Notes under the pieces: generated by a model
Seen by the model: only the letters and a program-made list of their open reading frames with translations
What the model was told of the DNA's origin: nothing
The model's database searches: none
Origin: a virus
Taxonomy: Duplodnaviria > Caudoviricetes
Virus record (IMG/VR): IMGVR_UViG_3300025518_000032
Coordinates: 1 to 46,951 of that record
Direction: 5' to 3' (one strand)
DNA: 46,951 nucleotides
Shown: positions 17,646 to 27,163 of the stretch, one piece after another
How positions within the stretch are numbered: the first letter of the stretch is position 1
Layout of the letters: every line of letters starts with the position of its first letter
Program-made: the position numbers and the translations under genes

Positions 17646-17843
17646 TTAGACCTTTCTGATGATGCCGGCGACGCCGATATCGACGTCGCTTGCAGGACGG
17701 CTTTTGCCTTCAAGCGCCTTGGCGTTTTCTTCCGTGTTCGGCACGACTTGGCCGCTGCGAATGCCCGGTGCATCGGCAAGCGCGACAAGATAGTCGGGAG
17801 CCTTTCGCGCCGGCGGCGCGGCTGTCGCGGATTTGTCCGACAT
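17646..17843 (-). CDS. Small hypothetical protein
   Basis: AAGGAG RBS; in operon. Confidence 0.6.
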   Translation of the reverse strand: MSDKSATAAPPARKAPDYLVALADAPGIRSGQVVPNTEENAKALEGKSRPASDVDIGVAGIIRKV

Positions 17844-17845
17844 TT

Positions 17846-18307
17846 TCAGTAGCTCCTTAAGGAAACATAAGTGAGCTGGACCCGGACAACCGCCGTCAGC
17901 ACGGCTTTTGATCCAGCGCTATCGGTTCCAAGATCCGGCTGTTCGACGATTTCGGCCGCAACGACGGCGCCGCCGAGCGTCCGATCCGCTTCGATCGCGG
18001 CGTGGATCGCCGATAGGCCGCCGTCGAAGGCGGCGTTCAATCCCGCGCCTTCGGCGCCCGCCACATAGAATTCCAGCTCGGCGTTGCGCACGAGCTCATA
18101 GGCCTGCGGACCTGCGCCAAACCGGCGCGTCGTTTCGACCGGATCGCCGTGGCGCAGCGCAAGAACGGTCGAATAGCCGGAGTCCGGCGCGCCAAGCGCC
18201 TCGAACACGTCTTCGAACACCGGATCGCGCCGTGCGGCTGGAAGGCTGGCGGACGCGTCGAGCGCTGTTTTTAGCGCCAGCATCGCTATTTCGGTTTCGC
18301 TGCTCAT
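17846..18307 (-). CDS. Tail terminator-like protein
   Basis: ADRTLGGAV motif; position. Confidence 0.7.
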   Translation of the reverse strand: MSSETEIAMLALKTALDASASLPAARRDPVFEDVFEALGAPDSGYSTVLALRHGDPVETTRRFGAGPQAYELVRNAELEFYVAGAEGAGLNAAFDGGLSAIHAAIEADRTLGGAVVAAEIVEQPDLGTDSAGSKAVLTAVVRVQLTYVSLRSY

Positions 18308-18993
18308 GGGCTATTCGCCGCTCGCTCATAGATCGCGCTGTATTTCGCGCCGGCGCGATTGGCGATGCCTTTAACGTCGAGGCGTTTGCTCAAGCGCACC
18401 TGTTTCTTGAGCACAAAAAACGCCAGGCGCTCGCCTGCACCTTTCTTAGCTTTTCCGACAGACTGGGTCGGCGCGCCGCCTTTGCGGCGCGAGCGCTTTT
18501 CCGTGCGCGTCGCTTGGGCGACCGCGATCAAACCTCCATTCTTGAGTGGAATGAAGGCGAACCTGCCGACCCGCGCCATCACCTCTTGCGGCGACATGCG
18601 CCTGCCGCCGCGCCCGCGTGGCACATTTTCGGTCGGAATCCAGAGATATTTTTTGCCTCCGAACGGCTGAATCGTCGTGCCCTCCTCAAACGCCGTCATG
18701 ATTTCCGGCGCCTTGGAAAAGGCGAAGAAGGCCGGCGTTAGTGTATGGCTCTGCACATCCGCCGGATAGAGCTTTGCGCGCCAGGTCGTCGGCAGCTTGC
18801 GCGAGTTGAACGCGCCGCGCGTCATCGCACGTAGCGGATCGATCAGCAATTCGCGCCCCGCCTTATCGGTCGCCAGCCGAACGCGCTTGGCCATCGCAAT
18901 GCGCTCATCGTCAAGCGCGCGCGAGATCGCGCCTTTGTCAAACTCGACGGAAATCATGTGCTTTAAGCCGATGGTTGCAGATCGCAACGACAT
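18304..18993 (-). CDS. Tail completion/neck protein (DUF6441-like)
   Basis: LWIPTE, FFVLKKQVRLSKRLD; basic; start may be 18957. Confidence 0.7.
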   Translation of the reverse strand: MSLRSATIGLKHMISVEFDKGAISRALDDERIAMAKRVRLATDKAGRELLIDPLRAMTRGAFNSRKLPTTWRAKLYPADVQSHTLTPAFFAFSKAPEIMTAFEEGTTIQPFGGKKYLWIPTENVPRGRGGRRMSPQEVMARVGRFAFIPLKNGGLIAVAQATRTEKRSRRKGGAPTQSVGKAKKGAGERLAFFVLKKQVRLSKRLDVKGIANRAGAKYSAIYERAANSP

Positions 18994-19295
18994 GTCCAGA
19001 CCAGCCCGGACGGGTCCTCGCGCTTGGGCGCCGAGACGATCTTGAAGTCGCGCCCGTCGGCGGTGAAAACACCGCCTTTGGCTGGCGCGGCGAGCTCCGA
19101 CGCGCGCACTTCAACGATCATCTGACCCGCGATGATCGGCACATTGCCGAGCGTCGTCGCGTCGTCAACTTCATTGATTACGACAACGCAAGCTGTCGTG
19201 ACGAGCGCCGGCGAGAGATAGCTCGCCGCGACCCCGAAACGGGCGAAGACGCGATCGAGCGCCTTCGCCTCGGAGGCTGAAAAAAGCGACGGCAT
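18963..19295 (-). CDS. Head-tail joining (head closure) protein
   Basis: VRASELAAPAKG..W motif; position. Confidence 0.75.
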   Translation of the reverse strand: MPSLFSASEAKALDRVFARFGVAASYLSPALVTTACVVVINEVDDATTLGNVPIIAGQMIVEVRASELAAPAKGGVFTADGRDFKIVSAPKREDPSGLVWTCRCDLQPSA

Positions 19296-19891
19296 CAGTA
19301 GCCGAACGCGACCCAGTTGACCTTTTTCGCGAAGGTCGTCGCCGCGACCGGGCCGGCCGCCGTTTTCCAGGTTTTCAGCAGAAACGAACCGGCCGCAGGC
19401 GTTCCGGCCTGATCGCCGATGCTCGAACTCAAAAACTCCGGATCGGCGACGACGTCGGAGTCAAACTGCGCCACGACGCCGACCAGAAGCGAAAGCCCGG
19501 TCACAATCGTGTCCGACGCCGTCGCGGTCGTCGCCTGACCGTAGACGATCCGCGGCGCGTCGGAGTCGGGCGCGAGCACAACGCGGCCGGTCGATGTCGG
19601 ATTGGCGGCTGCGGCGACAGCCTTGCCGATTCGCAAATTGGACTGCGTTTTGACGTTGGTCGCCTTTTTGGCGGAATTGTCCCACCAGATCGTATCGCCG
19701 ACGACCCACGCCTGCGCCGAGACCTTGGCGAGGTCGAACACGCCGCAGCGATGCAAAACGACGTCCGCGCCAGACAGCGCGTCGTAGCCCGCCACGCCAA
19801 AAATCGCGCCGATTTGCGCACCGGCGCCGGACACGACGTCATAAGGAGCGGGAAGCGTCAGCGCTTCGCCTTCCTGAATCCAGTTCTTCAT
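19295..19891 (-). CDS. DUF2190 capsid cement/decoration protein with C-terminal extension
   Basis: MKNWIQEG, GVFDLAK..GDTIWWD; about 90 extra C-terminal residues. Confidence 0.8.
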   Translation of the reverse strand: MKNWIQEGEALTLPAPYDVVSGAGAQIGAIFGVAGYDALSGADVVLHRCGVFDLAKVSAQAWVVGDTIWWDNSAKKATNVKTQSNLRIGKAVAAAANPTSTGRVVLAPDSDAPRIVYGQATTATASDTIVTGLSLLVGVVAQFDSDVVADPEFLSSSIGDQAGTPAAGSFLLKTWKTAAGPVAATTFAKKVNWVAFGY

Positions 19892-19922
19892 TTTCGTTCT
19901 CGCTTATCGAGGGAAGGGGAGC

Positions 19923-19945
19923 CGCCGCGCGGGCCGCGCGGCGGA
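19923..19945. other. Perfect GC hairpin after the major capsid gene
   Basis: ccgccgcgcg-ggc-cgcgcggcgg; no U-tract on the coding strand, so possibly an mRNA stabiliser. Confidence 0.45.
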
Positions 19946-19954
19946 AAAACAGGA

Positions 19955-21955
19955 TTACGCGCCGGCGTTGCGGTAGCCGAAGCGGTAATCGATCGCGCCG
20001 CAGCCGAAGTCGTGCTCGAGCGAGACCGCCATGCCCTGGACGCCGAACGGCTCGTCCATGCGCATGCGCGGCGCCTGATAGCCTTCGAGCAAGCCCCATT
20101 CGAAGTTGGCGCCGACGCTCGGATCGGAGAACAGATACCAGACATTGCCGGTGATCTGCGCCGACACCTTGAGGCTGAGCAGCGTTTGGAACAACGGCAC
20201 ATTCGCCGCCGTCGCTGCATAGAGCGGCGACAGCACGCCCTGCGCTTCCGTTTCCTTGTCGGGACCGACAAGCAGGATCGACGGCGTCACATTGATCAGC
20301 GTGCCGTCCTTGGTTTTCATATTGCGCAGCGCGGCGCGGCCTTTGCCGAGATTGGCGTTGTCGATCACGCTGGGCGTCGCCGCCAGCGTCTTATCGGTCG
20401 TGTTAAACACGGCGCGGGTCGTTTCAAGCAGCGTCGGACCGGCGCCGGAAGCTGACAGCAGCATCGCGTAAAACGTTTCTTCCTCGAACCGCGCGACGGC
20501 GTCGGAGCGATTCGCCAGCACGCGAGCGATGGCGCCTAGATTGTCATTGACGAGCAGCTGCCGGGAAAACGGCACCTGAATGCCATAAGCCTTGACCGCC
20601 GTCTTTTCCTTCGACTCGCTGAAGGTGCCGCCGACGATCTCGCCGGTTTCCTTGACCTCTTTCAGCTGCGGAAAGTCGCCGTCGCGCACGCTGATGTGAT
20701 CGCGGAAGTCCATATAGGTGCGCTGCTGTGCGATCGCGCGATAGGTCGGCGTCGCGGCGAGATAGCGCGCGCGCAGCGAACGGTTCATGGCGTTTTCGAG
20801 CAGGATCGGAAAATCCGACGTCGAATGCATCGCCCGGCGCAACACGTCTTCGCGCTCGGCGAAGCCGCCAAGGCGCCCGCGATAGCCGACGTAATCCGCC
20901 GCGATATCCGGCAGCGCCCGCGCGCTCATAAACGGCCGCGCCGCTTCATTCGGCTCGGCCCGCTCGCCAAGATGAATCGCCAGCGCATCCTCGACGCCGC
21001 GGCGCAGCGTTTCGGTTTCGTCGCGCCCGATCTGCGCGCGCGGGCCGCCGATCGCCGCATGCGGCTGGACGGCGGCGGCGGACGCAGCGCGAACCTCCGA
21101 AATGATCACCGTCTCGTCGCGCCCGTCGCGAATCAGCCGCTCGGCAAGTTCACGCTGGCCAAAGAATTCGGCGCGCTCAAGCAACTCCAGCGCCTGGCGC
21201 GCGTTCATCGGCTGACGCTCGGGCGCCGCAGGAGTTTCCGTAGCCGTCGCGGGAGCGGATGGAGGCGCGGCGCGGGTTTCCACAGCAATGGGAGCGGCAG
21301 GCGAAGCCCCGGCAGGGTTTGGCTCGATAGCCGCCGCAGCGGCCGCCGGCTGGGCGGATCGGGTCATATCGTCTTCCTCTGTTTGAATATCCGGGGTGAG
21401 CCCGCTCGATGCGACGGCCCGGACCATCGCGGCGGGATCTGCAGGAACGCTGACGAGAGAGACCTCAAGCAGCGTCCATTTGTCGGCGCGCCAGGTTTCG
21501 ACGCCGCCGTCATCTTGCGAAATCATGGTCCATTGCTGAACCGAATAGCCGATCGAAATCCCCTTGAACTGGCCGCTTTTGACGCCTTCCGCGGCGGCAT
21601 GAGCGCGTTCGCTTGAGCCGAATTCAAGATCGCCGACAAGCTGTCCGCCCTCAATGCGCGCGCTTGCGGCGCGGCCGAGCACCGCTTCAAGCGAAAAGGC
21701 GTTGTGCGAGTCGAGAAGCGGGACTTGGCCAAGGCCGATGCGCGACAAATCGATCGCAGCCGGATCCATGCTCAGCGTTTCGATGATGCCCCAGCGACGC
21801 ACCGGCGTTCCGGCAGCAAACACCGCCTCGACGGACCGATTAGCCTCGTCGAACGTCGATGCGCCGCGCGTGGTGAAAGACATTTCGCGCGCCAGCGTTC
21901 CGCCGGGTTGAAAACCCTGCGGCGCGGCGCCGTTTGACCGGCGCAGAATGCTCAT
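19955..21955 (-). CDS. Prohead protease-major capsid fusion protein
   Basis: PLLDSH, ISIGY, EVSLVSVPAD protease motifs; HSTSDFP, NDNLGA, DFGCGAIDYR capsid motifs. Confidence 0.92.
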   Translation of the reverse strand: MSILRRSNGAAPQGFQPGGTLAREMSFTTRGASTFDEANRSVEAVFAAGTPVRRWGIIETLSMDPAAIDLSRIGLGQVPLLDSHNAFSLEAVLGRAASARIEGGQLVGDLEFGSSERAHAAAEGVKSGQFKGISIGYSVQQWTMISQDDGGVETWRADKWTLLEVSLVSVPADPAAMVRAVASSGLTPDIQTEEDDMTRSAQPAAAAAAIEPNPAGASPAAPIAVETRAAPPSAPATATETPAAPERQPMNARQALELLERAEFFGQRELAERLIRDGRDETVIISEVRAASAAAVQPHAAIGGPRAQIGRDETETLRRGVEDALAIHLGERAEPNEAARPFMSARALPDIAADYVGYRGRLGGFAEREDVLRRAMHSTSDFPILLENAMNRSLRARYLAATPTYRAIAQQRTYMDFRDHISVRDGDFPQLKEVKETGEIVGGTFSESKEKTAVKAYGIQVPFSRQLLVNDNLGAIARVLANRSDAVARFEEETFYAMLLSASGAGPTLLETTRAVFNTTDKTLAATPSVIDNANLGKGRAALRNMKTKDGTLINVTPSILLVGPDKETEAQGVLSPLYAATAANVPLFQTLLSLKVSAQITGNVWYLFSDPSVGANFEWGLLEGYQAPRMRMDEPFGVQGMAVSLEHDFGCGAIDYRFGYRNAGA

Positions 21956-21961
21956 GATGTT

Positions 21962-23476
21962 CTATCCTTGTTGGGCTTGCTTATCGCCAGCGACGCTTGC
22001 CGCGGTCTGCAGCTGTTGGAGCGCGCCCGAGCGATCGACCTGGCGCGCGTCGGTGTCGAAGACAATGCCGAGCGCATCGAGCGACTCGGCCCACGCTTTG
22101 ACGTCCGCAAGGAACTTATCCATGACGATGCCGCGCTCCGCGAGCGCGTCAGGATGCGCCTGCAGCCCGGCGCGAATTTCGAGAATTTTCGCCATGACGT
22201 CTTTGAGCGGGTCGACCCAGGGGCGATGCGGCATCGCCAATTCGCATCCGACTGCAAGCAGCGCCCGATCGCCGGTCAGCGCATATTCCCGCGCCATGAC
22301 GCGACGCCACGCCGCTTTGATCCGCGGGGCGAGAACAATCCACTGCACGAGATCCATTAGCACATAGCCGGCGATCTTGGCGGCGCGCATGCTCGAATAA
22401 TTGGCCTGCGACGCGTCGCCGGAAACCTCGTGATAGGCAAGGCCCGCCGTTGCGCAGAACGCGTAAAGCTCTGCGCGCAGGAATTCCATCGTGTCGCCGC
22501 TCGGCGACGGCTGGAACGCTTCCGCGCTTTCTCCGGGCCCGAATCGATACATGCCGCCGGGGCGCATCGTTTCTTCAAGCCGGCCGTTGTTCGTCGCCTG
22601 CGTGCCAATGACGGTAGCGGCGCCTTGCGCCTCCGGCGTGTTGATGATGATGCCGATGCAGGCTTCGATGCGTTTGCGCCAGATCATCGCTTCTTTCACG
22701 TCGTCGGCGGCGCGCAGGCTGACGATCGCCGGCGCCAGCCAGGAGACGCCTCGGATCTGACCTGGACGCGTGATGTGATAATAATGGTCGATATCTTCGG
22801 CGGGAATACGATCCGGCTTGATGTTGAGGCGGAAGACGTCGGTTTCGCCCGGATGAACGCGGTGCAGCCAATAGGCGACGCGGCGGCCCCAATCGTCGAA
22901 TTCAATGCCGCGGGTGATGCGCGGATCTCTGCCGGCGATCAGCGTCGTCTGATTTTCGTCGAAGTGATCAGCTTCGAGCAGCTTGACCTGCGAATTCGGA
23001 ACGCCGGCGCGGTCTTTAAGCCAAACCTGCAGACATTCGCCGTCGATGAACATCGAGCCGGCGGTCGTCGCCTGCAGGCCGTAGTAATCCTGCTGCCCAT
23101 CCGGGTCGCAAGTGTCGACGAAGCGCGCCCATGCGTCTTCCGCCGCCTGTCGCTTATTTTTGCTGCGATGCACCGCGCGCGGCGTAATGCCGGTGCCGAT
23201 GGTCTGACCGATGAATTGCAGCTTTGCTGCCGAGACCGCCTTGTTATTTTGCGCCAGATCCCGCGCGCGATAGCGCAGCAGCTCGCCAGCGCGTTCCGTC
23301 TCGGCGTTGGGCCCAGCCGCTGAGGCGCGCCAATTGCCGAGTCGGCGATCGCGCGACGCGCCATCGAACGCGCGCGTCAGTTCGAAGGCCGCAGCGCGGG
23401 CGCGCAGGCGCTTCAAGCCGAGCGTCGGCGCGACCGTGAGCAAAGCGCGATCAAAAGCGGAGGGTTTGAAAGTCAT
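21962..23476 (-). CDS. Portal protein, lambda family
   Basis: RARDLAQNN, RPGQIRGVSW, GDASQANYSSMR, WVDPLKD. Confidence 0.93.
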   Translation of the reverse strand: MTFKPSAFDRALLTVAPTLGLKRLRARAAAFELTRAFDGASRDRRLGNWRASAAGPNAETERAGELLRYRARDLAQNNKAVSAAKLQFIGQTIGTGITPRAVHRSKNKRQAAEDAWARFVDTCDPDGQQDYYGLQATTAGSMFIDGECLQVWLKDRAGVPNSQVKLLEADHFDENQTTLIAGRDPRITRGIEFDDWGRRVAYWLHRVHPGETDVFRLNIKPDRIPAEDIDHYYHITRPGQIRGVSWLAPAIVSLRAADDVKEAMIWRKRIEACIGIIINTPEAQGAATVIGTQATNNGRLEETMRPGGMYRFGPGESAEAFQPSPSGDTMEFLRAELYAFCATAGLAYHEVSGDASQANYSSMRAAKIAGYVLMDLVQWIVLAPRIKAAWRRVMAREYALTGDRALLAVGCELAMPHRPWVDPLKDVMAKILEIRAGLQAHPDALAERGIVMDKFLADVKAWAESLDALGIVFDTDARQVDRSGALQQLQTAASVAGDKQAQQG

Positions 23477-23701
23477 TCAGTCCCGCTCAAAAGCAGCGTA
23501 AGAGTGCCGCGCGGCGCTCGCTGGCGCAGGGCCGGTCGCCGGAACGCCGAGTTTCTGGCGCTTGAAATATTCGAGCGCCTTAAGCAAATCGTCTTGCGAC
23601 TTATAGGTCACACGACGGCCAGCATATTCGATCGTCAGTTCGCCGGAGGCGAGCGCTTGCTCAAGCGCGTCGATCGCGGCGTCGATTTCAACCGGCGTCA
23701 T
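23477..23701 (-). CDS. gpW-like head-tail joining protein
   Basis: ALASGELTIEYAGRRVTYKS. Confidence 0.85.
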   Translation of the reverse strand: MTPVEIDAAIDALEQALASGELTIEYAGRRVTYKSQDDLLKALEYFKRQKLGVPATGPAPASAARHSYAAFERD

Positions 23702-25740
23702 ACCCAGGAGCCTCCGGAATACGACCAATTGTCCGCGGCCGGCGGCGCCGAAGCCTCTGCGGCCCCAGCGCTGTCTCCCGCAGGCGCAGGCGTTTCCGCC
23801 GCGCGGACCGCGTCAGCCGCGCGCAGCAGCGGCGCCAGCACCGATTCGGGCGCGCCGCGCTCATAGGCGAGATCGCGCCAGAAGCTCTCGGGGCGATTGC
23901 CAATGTCGAACACCGGCGCGCCGAAGGCGAGGCTCATAGCGATGACGCGGCAATCGAGCCAGTGATTGTCTTCCTCGCGCTGCTTCCAGACACGGTTCCC
24001 GGCTTTGTCAAAGCCGACATATTCCGCTGTCAGTTGGCGAAAATAACCCTCGGTCAGGAATGACCCGAAATGGCAAAACCCTGCCGGCGCGACGACCATG
24101 CCGTCATCGCCAATCGCCGTTTCGCGATTGAGATAGGCGTATAAGCGGGATTTTAGATTGTAGGAGCCGGCCTTCCACTGCTGAACGCCCTTACGGATTC
24201 GCTTGCCGCGCCAATCGAAGTCGACAAGTTGCGGCGCGGCGAGCGCCGGACGGCCCCAACCCTCTTCGGTGCGGATGGCGTAGGCGCCATGATGGCGGCG
24301 GACCCAATCATAGACGACGGGCGCGTTGTAGCGGCAGTCGACGCCGGTCGCGTCGATGCGACGGCGGCCGCCGAACGCGTCGGCGAGCGGCGTTTCATGC
24401 AGCTCGGAAAGGCGTTTCCAGCACGGGTCGTCCGGATCTGAGGTGTCGCCGGGCTTTTCCGGCGTGCCGGCGCTGAGATAGGACGCCAGAATCGTGTAGC
24501 TGCGCCGGTCCGCCGTCCATCCGATCATCTCGACATAAAGGCCGCGTTTCTGCACGTCGACGCCCATGGTGACGATGAGCGCTTCCGCTGGAATGACGCG
24601 CTCTGCATAAGCTTCGCGGCGCTTGTAGAGCGCCTGCCAGTCCGGCGCGTCGGATTTTTCTTCGTAAGCGAGGCCGAGCCAGTGATTGTAGAAGCTCTTG
24701 AGCTTTTGCGGATCATCGCCGGCCGCGACGAATGTCTCGGCGATCTTGTCCCAGGTCGTGAAATTCGAAGAAATCGCGTCGATATGCCAGGACGGATGAC
24801 GTCCAAGCGCAGGGCGTTCAGCAACGAAGCCATAATCCGGCAGATCCAGCGCGGCCGAGATCATGCCTTCCTTTTGCCAGTGATCGATGCGGGCGCCGCA
24901 GCACTGCGCGACATAATTGGCGTCATAAGGCGCGGCGCGATTGAACCGCAGCCCAACGCCGGCCGCATCATCGGCATAGCCGCCGAAAATCAGACGAATG
25001 CGCTCGCCGCAATGCGGACAGGGCAGCTTCTGGTAACGCTGATCGCCGGCCTCGAACTCCTTGTCGACGAGGCAGGCCCCCTTCTCGGTCGGCGTCCCGC
25101 CCTGCAATTTGCGATAATCGCGCGTCGCGTGAAAGGCGATCTGGCGCGCGTCGATCATGGCCATGGGCGAGCCCTGGCCTTCAAGGTCCTTCGGATATTG
25201 GCTGATCTCGTCGCACAGCGCGTATTTGATTGTGCGCGCCTGCAGCTCTGCTGCGGAGTTGGCGCCGGTAATGGCGATCGACCCGCCGGGAAAGGCCTTG
25301 TAAAGCGACGACGACCCGACCGCGCCACGAATCGACAAATCGCGAATGCGCGACTTGAGCGGCGGCGTCGCTTCGATCGCCGGCTGCAATTTCTCGCGGT
25401 TATAGGCGAGCGCCAGGCTCGTCGTCGGCAGCACATGCAGCGTTCGCGCCGGATTTTCGGCGGCGATCCAGCCTTCGACGGCGGTGATTCCCTGAGTGAA
25501 GCCCGTCTGAGCGGATTTTCGAACCGTGCCCTTTACATGCGGGCCGCAAAACACCGTGTCGATGATCGCGCAGATATAGGGCGATTGCGCCGGATCCCAC
25601 AGCTGGCCAGCGCGCGGCCCCTCAACGAGCACGAGGTTCTTCGCCGCCCATTGCGACGGGCTCAACGTCGACGGCGGCGTAACAGCCGCAGCGATCGCGC
25701 CAGCGATGATCGACAGGGCTGATGCGTATTTGGTTTTCAT
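23698..25740 (-). CDS. Terminase large subunit, GpA family
   Basis: KSAQTGFT, CDEI, GDQRY..CPHCG, GVDVQ, NHWLDC. Confidence 0.95.
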   Translation of the reverse strand: MKTKYASALSIIAGAIAAAVTPPSTLSPSQWAAKNLVLVEGPRAGQLWDPAQSPYICAIIDTVFCGPHVKGTVRKSAQTGFTQGITAVEGWIAAENPARTLHVLPTTSLALAYNREKLQPAIEATPPLKSRIRDLSIRGAVGSSSLYKAFPGGSIAITGANSAAELQARTIKYALCDEISQYPKDLEGQGSPMAMIDARQIAFHATRDYRKLQGGTPTEKGACLVDKEFEAGDQRYQKLPCPHCGERIRLIFGGYADDAAGVGLRFNRAAPYDANYVAQCCGARIDHWQKEGMISAALDLPDYGFVAERPALGRHPSWHIDAISSNFTTWDKIAETFVAAGDDPQKLKSFYNHWLGLAYEEKSDAPDWQALYKRREAYAERVIPAEALIVTMGVDVQKRGLYVEMIGWTADRRSYTILASYLSAGTPEKPGDTSDPDDPCWKRLSELHETPLADAFGGRRRIDATGVDCRYNAPVVYDWVRRHHGAYAIRTEEGWGRPALAAPQLVDFDWRGKRIRKGVQQWKAGSYNLKSRLYAYLNRETAIGDDGMVVAPAGFCHFGSFLTEGYFRQLTAEYVGFDKAGNRVWKQREEDNHWLDCRVIAMSLAFGAPVFDIGNRPESFWRDLAYERGAPESVLAPLLRAADAVRAAETPAPAGDSAGAAEASAPPAADNWSYSGGSWV

Positions 25741-25747
25741 CTCAACC

Positions 25748-26398
25748 TTATTCCGCTGTTTGGGCTTCGCTGGCGGCCAACATCAGCATCGCGTTTTGCG
25801 TCTGAGCGATCATTTCATCTGCGATCGCGCTGAGTGCGATATGCGTCGCTTCTTCGCCGCCCGTGGCGCCCGCTGCGTAGACCTTTCCAGCCTTGGATTT
25901 GAGCCCAAGTATGATCTGCTGCAGCTTAACGCCGATCTCTCCGGCTGCCGGTGCGATGTCCTTGACCTGGATGAGCTCTGCGCGCCTTTGCGCAAGCTGC
26001 ATCTCCGCAAGTTCGGCCTTGGCGTTCTTTTCGCGCGCCGAGGCCGCGTCGTAACTCGAAGAATTCGCCAGATCTTGTGCAGCAGGAACGGGTCTTTGAC
26101 GCTTTTCTTTGTCGACCTCGACCGGACGCTCGTTCGATCCTTCATCTTGTTTTGGAGCCGAGCGCTGATGGCGATTTCGCAGATCCTGCGCCGGATCATG
26201 GCTCGAGGCGGTCAACACATCGAATGTCGGCAGATGAAACCGAAGATTGCGGCCTTCGCCCTGAGTGCTGAGCTTGCCGCGGCCAGCGAGCGCCTTCACG
26301 CGCTTGCTGATCGCCTGCCTGGTGACGCCGCGCTGGCGGGCGACATCCGAAACGCTTGCCCAATCCGCATCGTCAACTACTGAAGCGTCAGCGCCCAT
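25748..26398 (-). CDS. Terminase small subunit
   Basis: N-terminal HTH (SVSDVARQRGVTRQAISK) plus coiled-coil; upstream of TerL. Confidence 0.8.
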   Translation of the reverse strand: MGADASVVDDADWASVSDVARQRGVTRQAISKRVKALAGRGKLSTQGEGRNLRFHLPTFDVLTASSHDPAQDLRNRHQRSAPKQDEGSNERPVEVDKEKRQRPVPAAQDLANSSSYDAASAREKNAKAELAEMQLAQRRAELIQVKDIAPAAGEIGVKLQQIILGLKSKAGKVYAAGATGGEEATHIALSAIADEMIAQTQNAMLMLAASEAQTAE

Positions 26399-26399
26399 G

Positions 26400-26497
26400 G
26401 TTTACGTTGGTTCGTCAACCCTGTTGCAAATTGCGTTTACGTTCTCCCCCCCGGACCCCCGCCTTATCCGTATTGTGGATGTCCAGGAAGGACCCGC
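26400..26497 (-). other. Putative cos packaging site
   Basis: GGGTCCT (identical to lambda cosQ) at 26489-26495, then ..CAATACG; repeated AACGTAAAC at 26400-26408 and 26435-26443. Confidence 0.55.
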
Positions 26498-26530
26498 TAG
26501 ATTGATCAGGGGATGGCATGGCTTGCGCAC

Positions 26531-27112
26531 TCACGCTCGCTGCAGCGAGCTATGCGCCTTTACGTTGGGCTTGATCGGTGGCCGGAGGCCATGCTCCACG
26601 AGCTCAACGTGACCGACTTCGATGATGAGGGGCGTCGGTCTGCCGAATAGACTCGCTTCTATTTTGAGCGTGCCGCGCTTGTCAACCACTTCGACAACCA
26701 GAGCATTGAAACCAGTGAACGGACCATTGAGGATTCGCACAGTATCCGTGGGCTTTATGCCGCTCTTGCGCTTCGTCCGTTCCGGCACGTTATGACGATA
26801 GAACTCAATCAGTTCAGACGGAATCTCCGCTGGCTGCGCTGTGCCCGCCATGCAAAGAAAATCCCTCACGCCTGGCGTCTGCTTAATTGCGCTGTGGATA
26901 GCGTCACTCATCTCCGCGTCGAGGAACATATAACGGCCGAACCTCGGGATCTTTCGAATCACTTTCTGGTTTTTGCCGAGCGCTTTCCCTTGCCACCTTG
27001 CAGCGATGCGCACTTGATCGACAGGCCGCCAGACGTTGTAGCCCGCGGCGGCCAGCCGTAAACAGACGTCAAAATCCTTACCTTCATCCGCCTCGACGAC
27101 ATGCCATGCCAT
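26531..27112 (-). CDS. NusG-family (NGN+KOW) late-gene antiterminator
   Basis: WHVV, FGRYMF, TPGVRDFL, VRILNGPFTGF, LFGRPTP; occupies the Q position. Confidence 0.88.
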   Translation of the reverse strand: MAWHVVEADEGKDFDVCLRLAAAGYNVWRPVDQVRIAARWQGKALGKNQKVIRKIPRFGRYMFLDAEMSDAIHSAIKQTPGVRDFLCMAGTAQPAEIPSELIEFYRHNVPERTKRKSGIKPTDTVRILNGPFTGFNALVVEVVDKRGTLKIEASLFGRPTPLIIEVGHVELVEHGLRPPIKPNVKAHSSLQRA

Positions 27113-27163
27113 GCGCGCTTGCTCCCCAATGTCCGCCCAACGCAAACGCCACACACCACAATC

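Noticed and set aside
949-26383. Long plus-strand ORFs (e.g. 949-2190, 5347-6435, 13380-14708, 20696-21616, 24682-25722)
   Set aside because: Antisense shadows of real high-GC genes; no motifs
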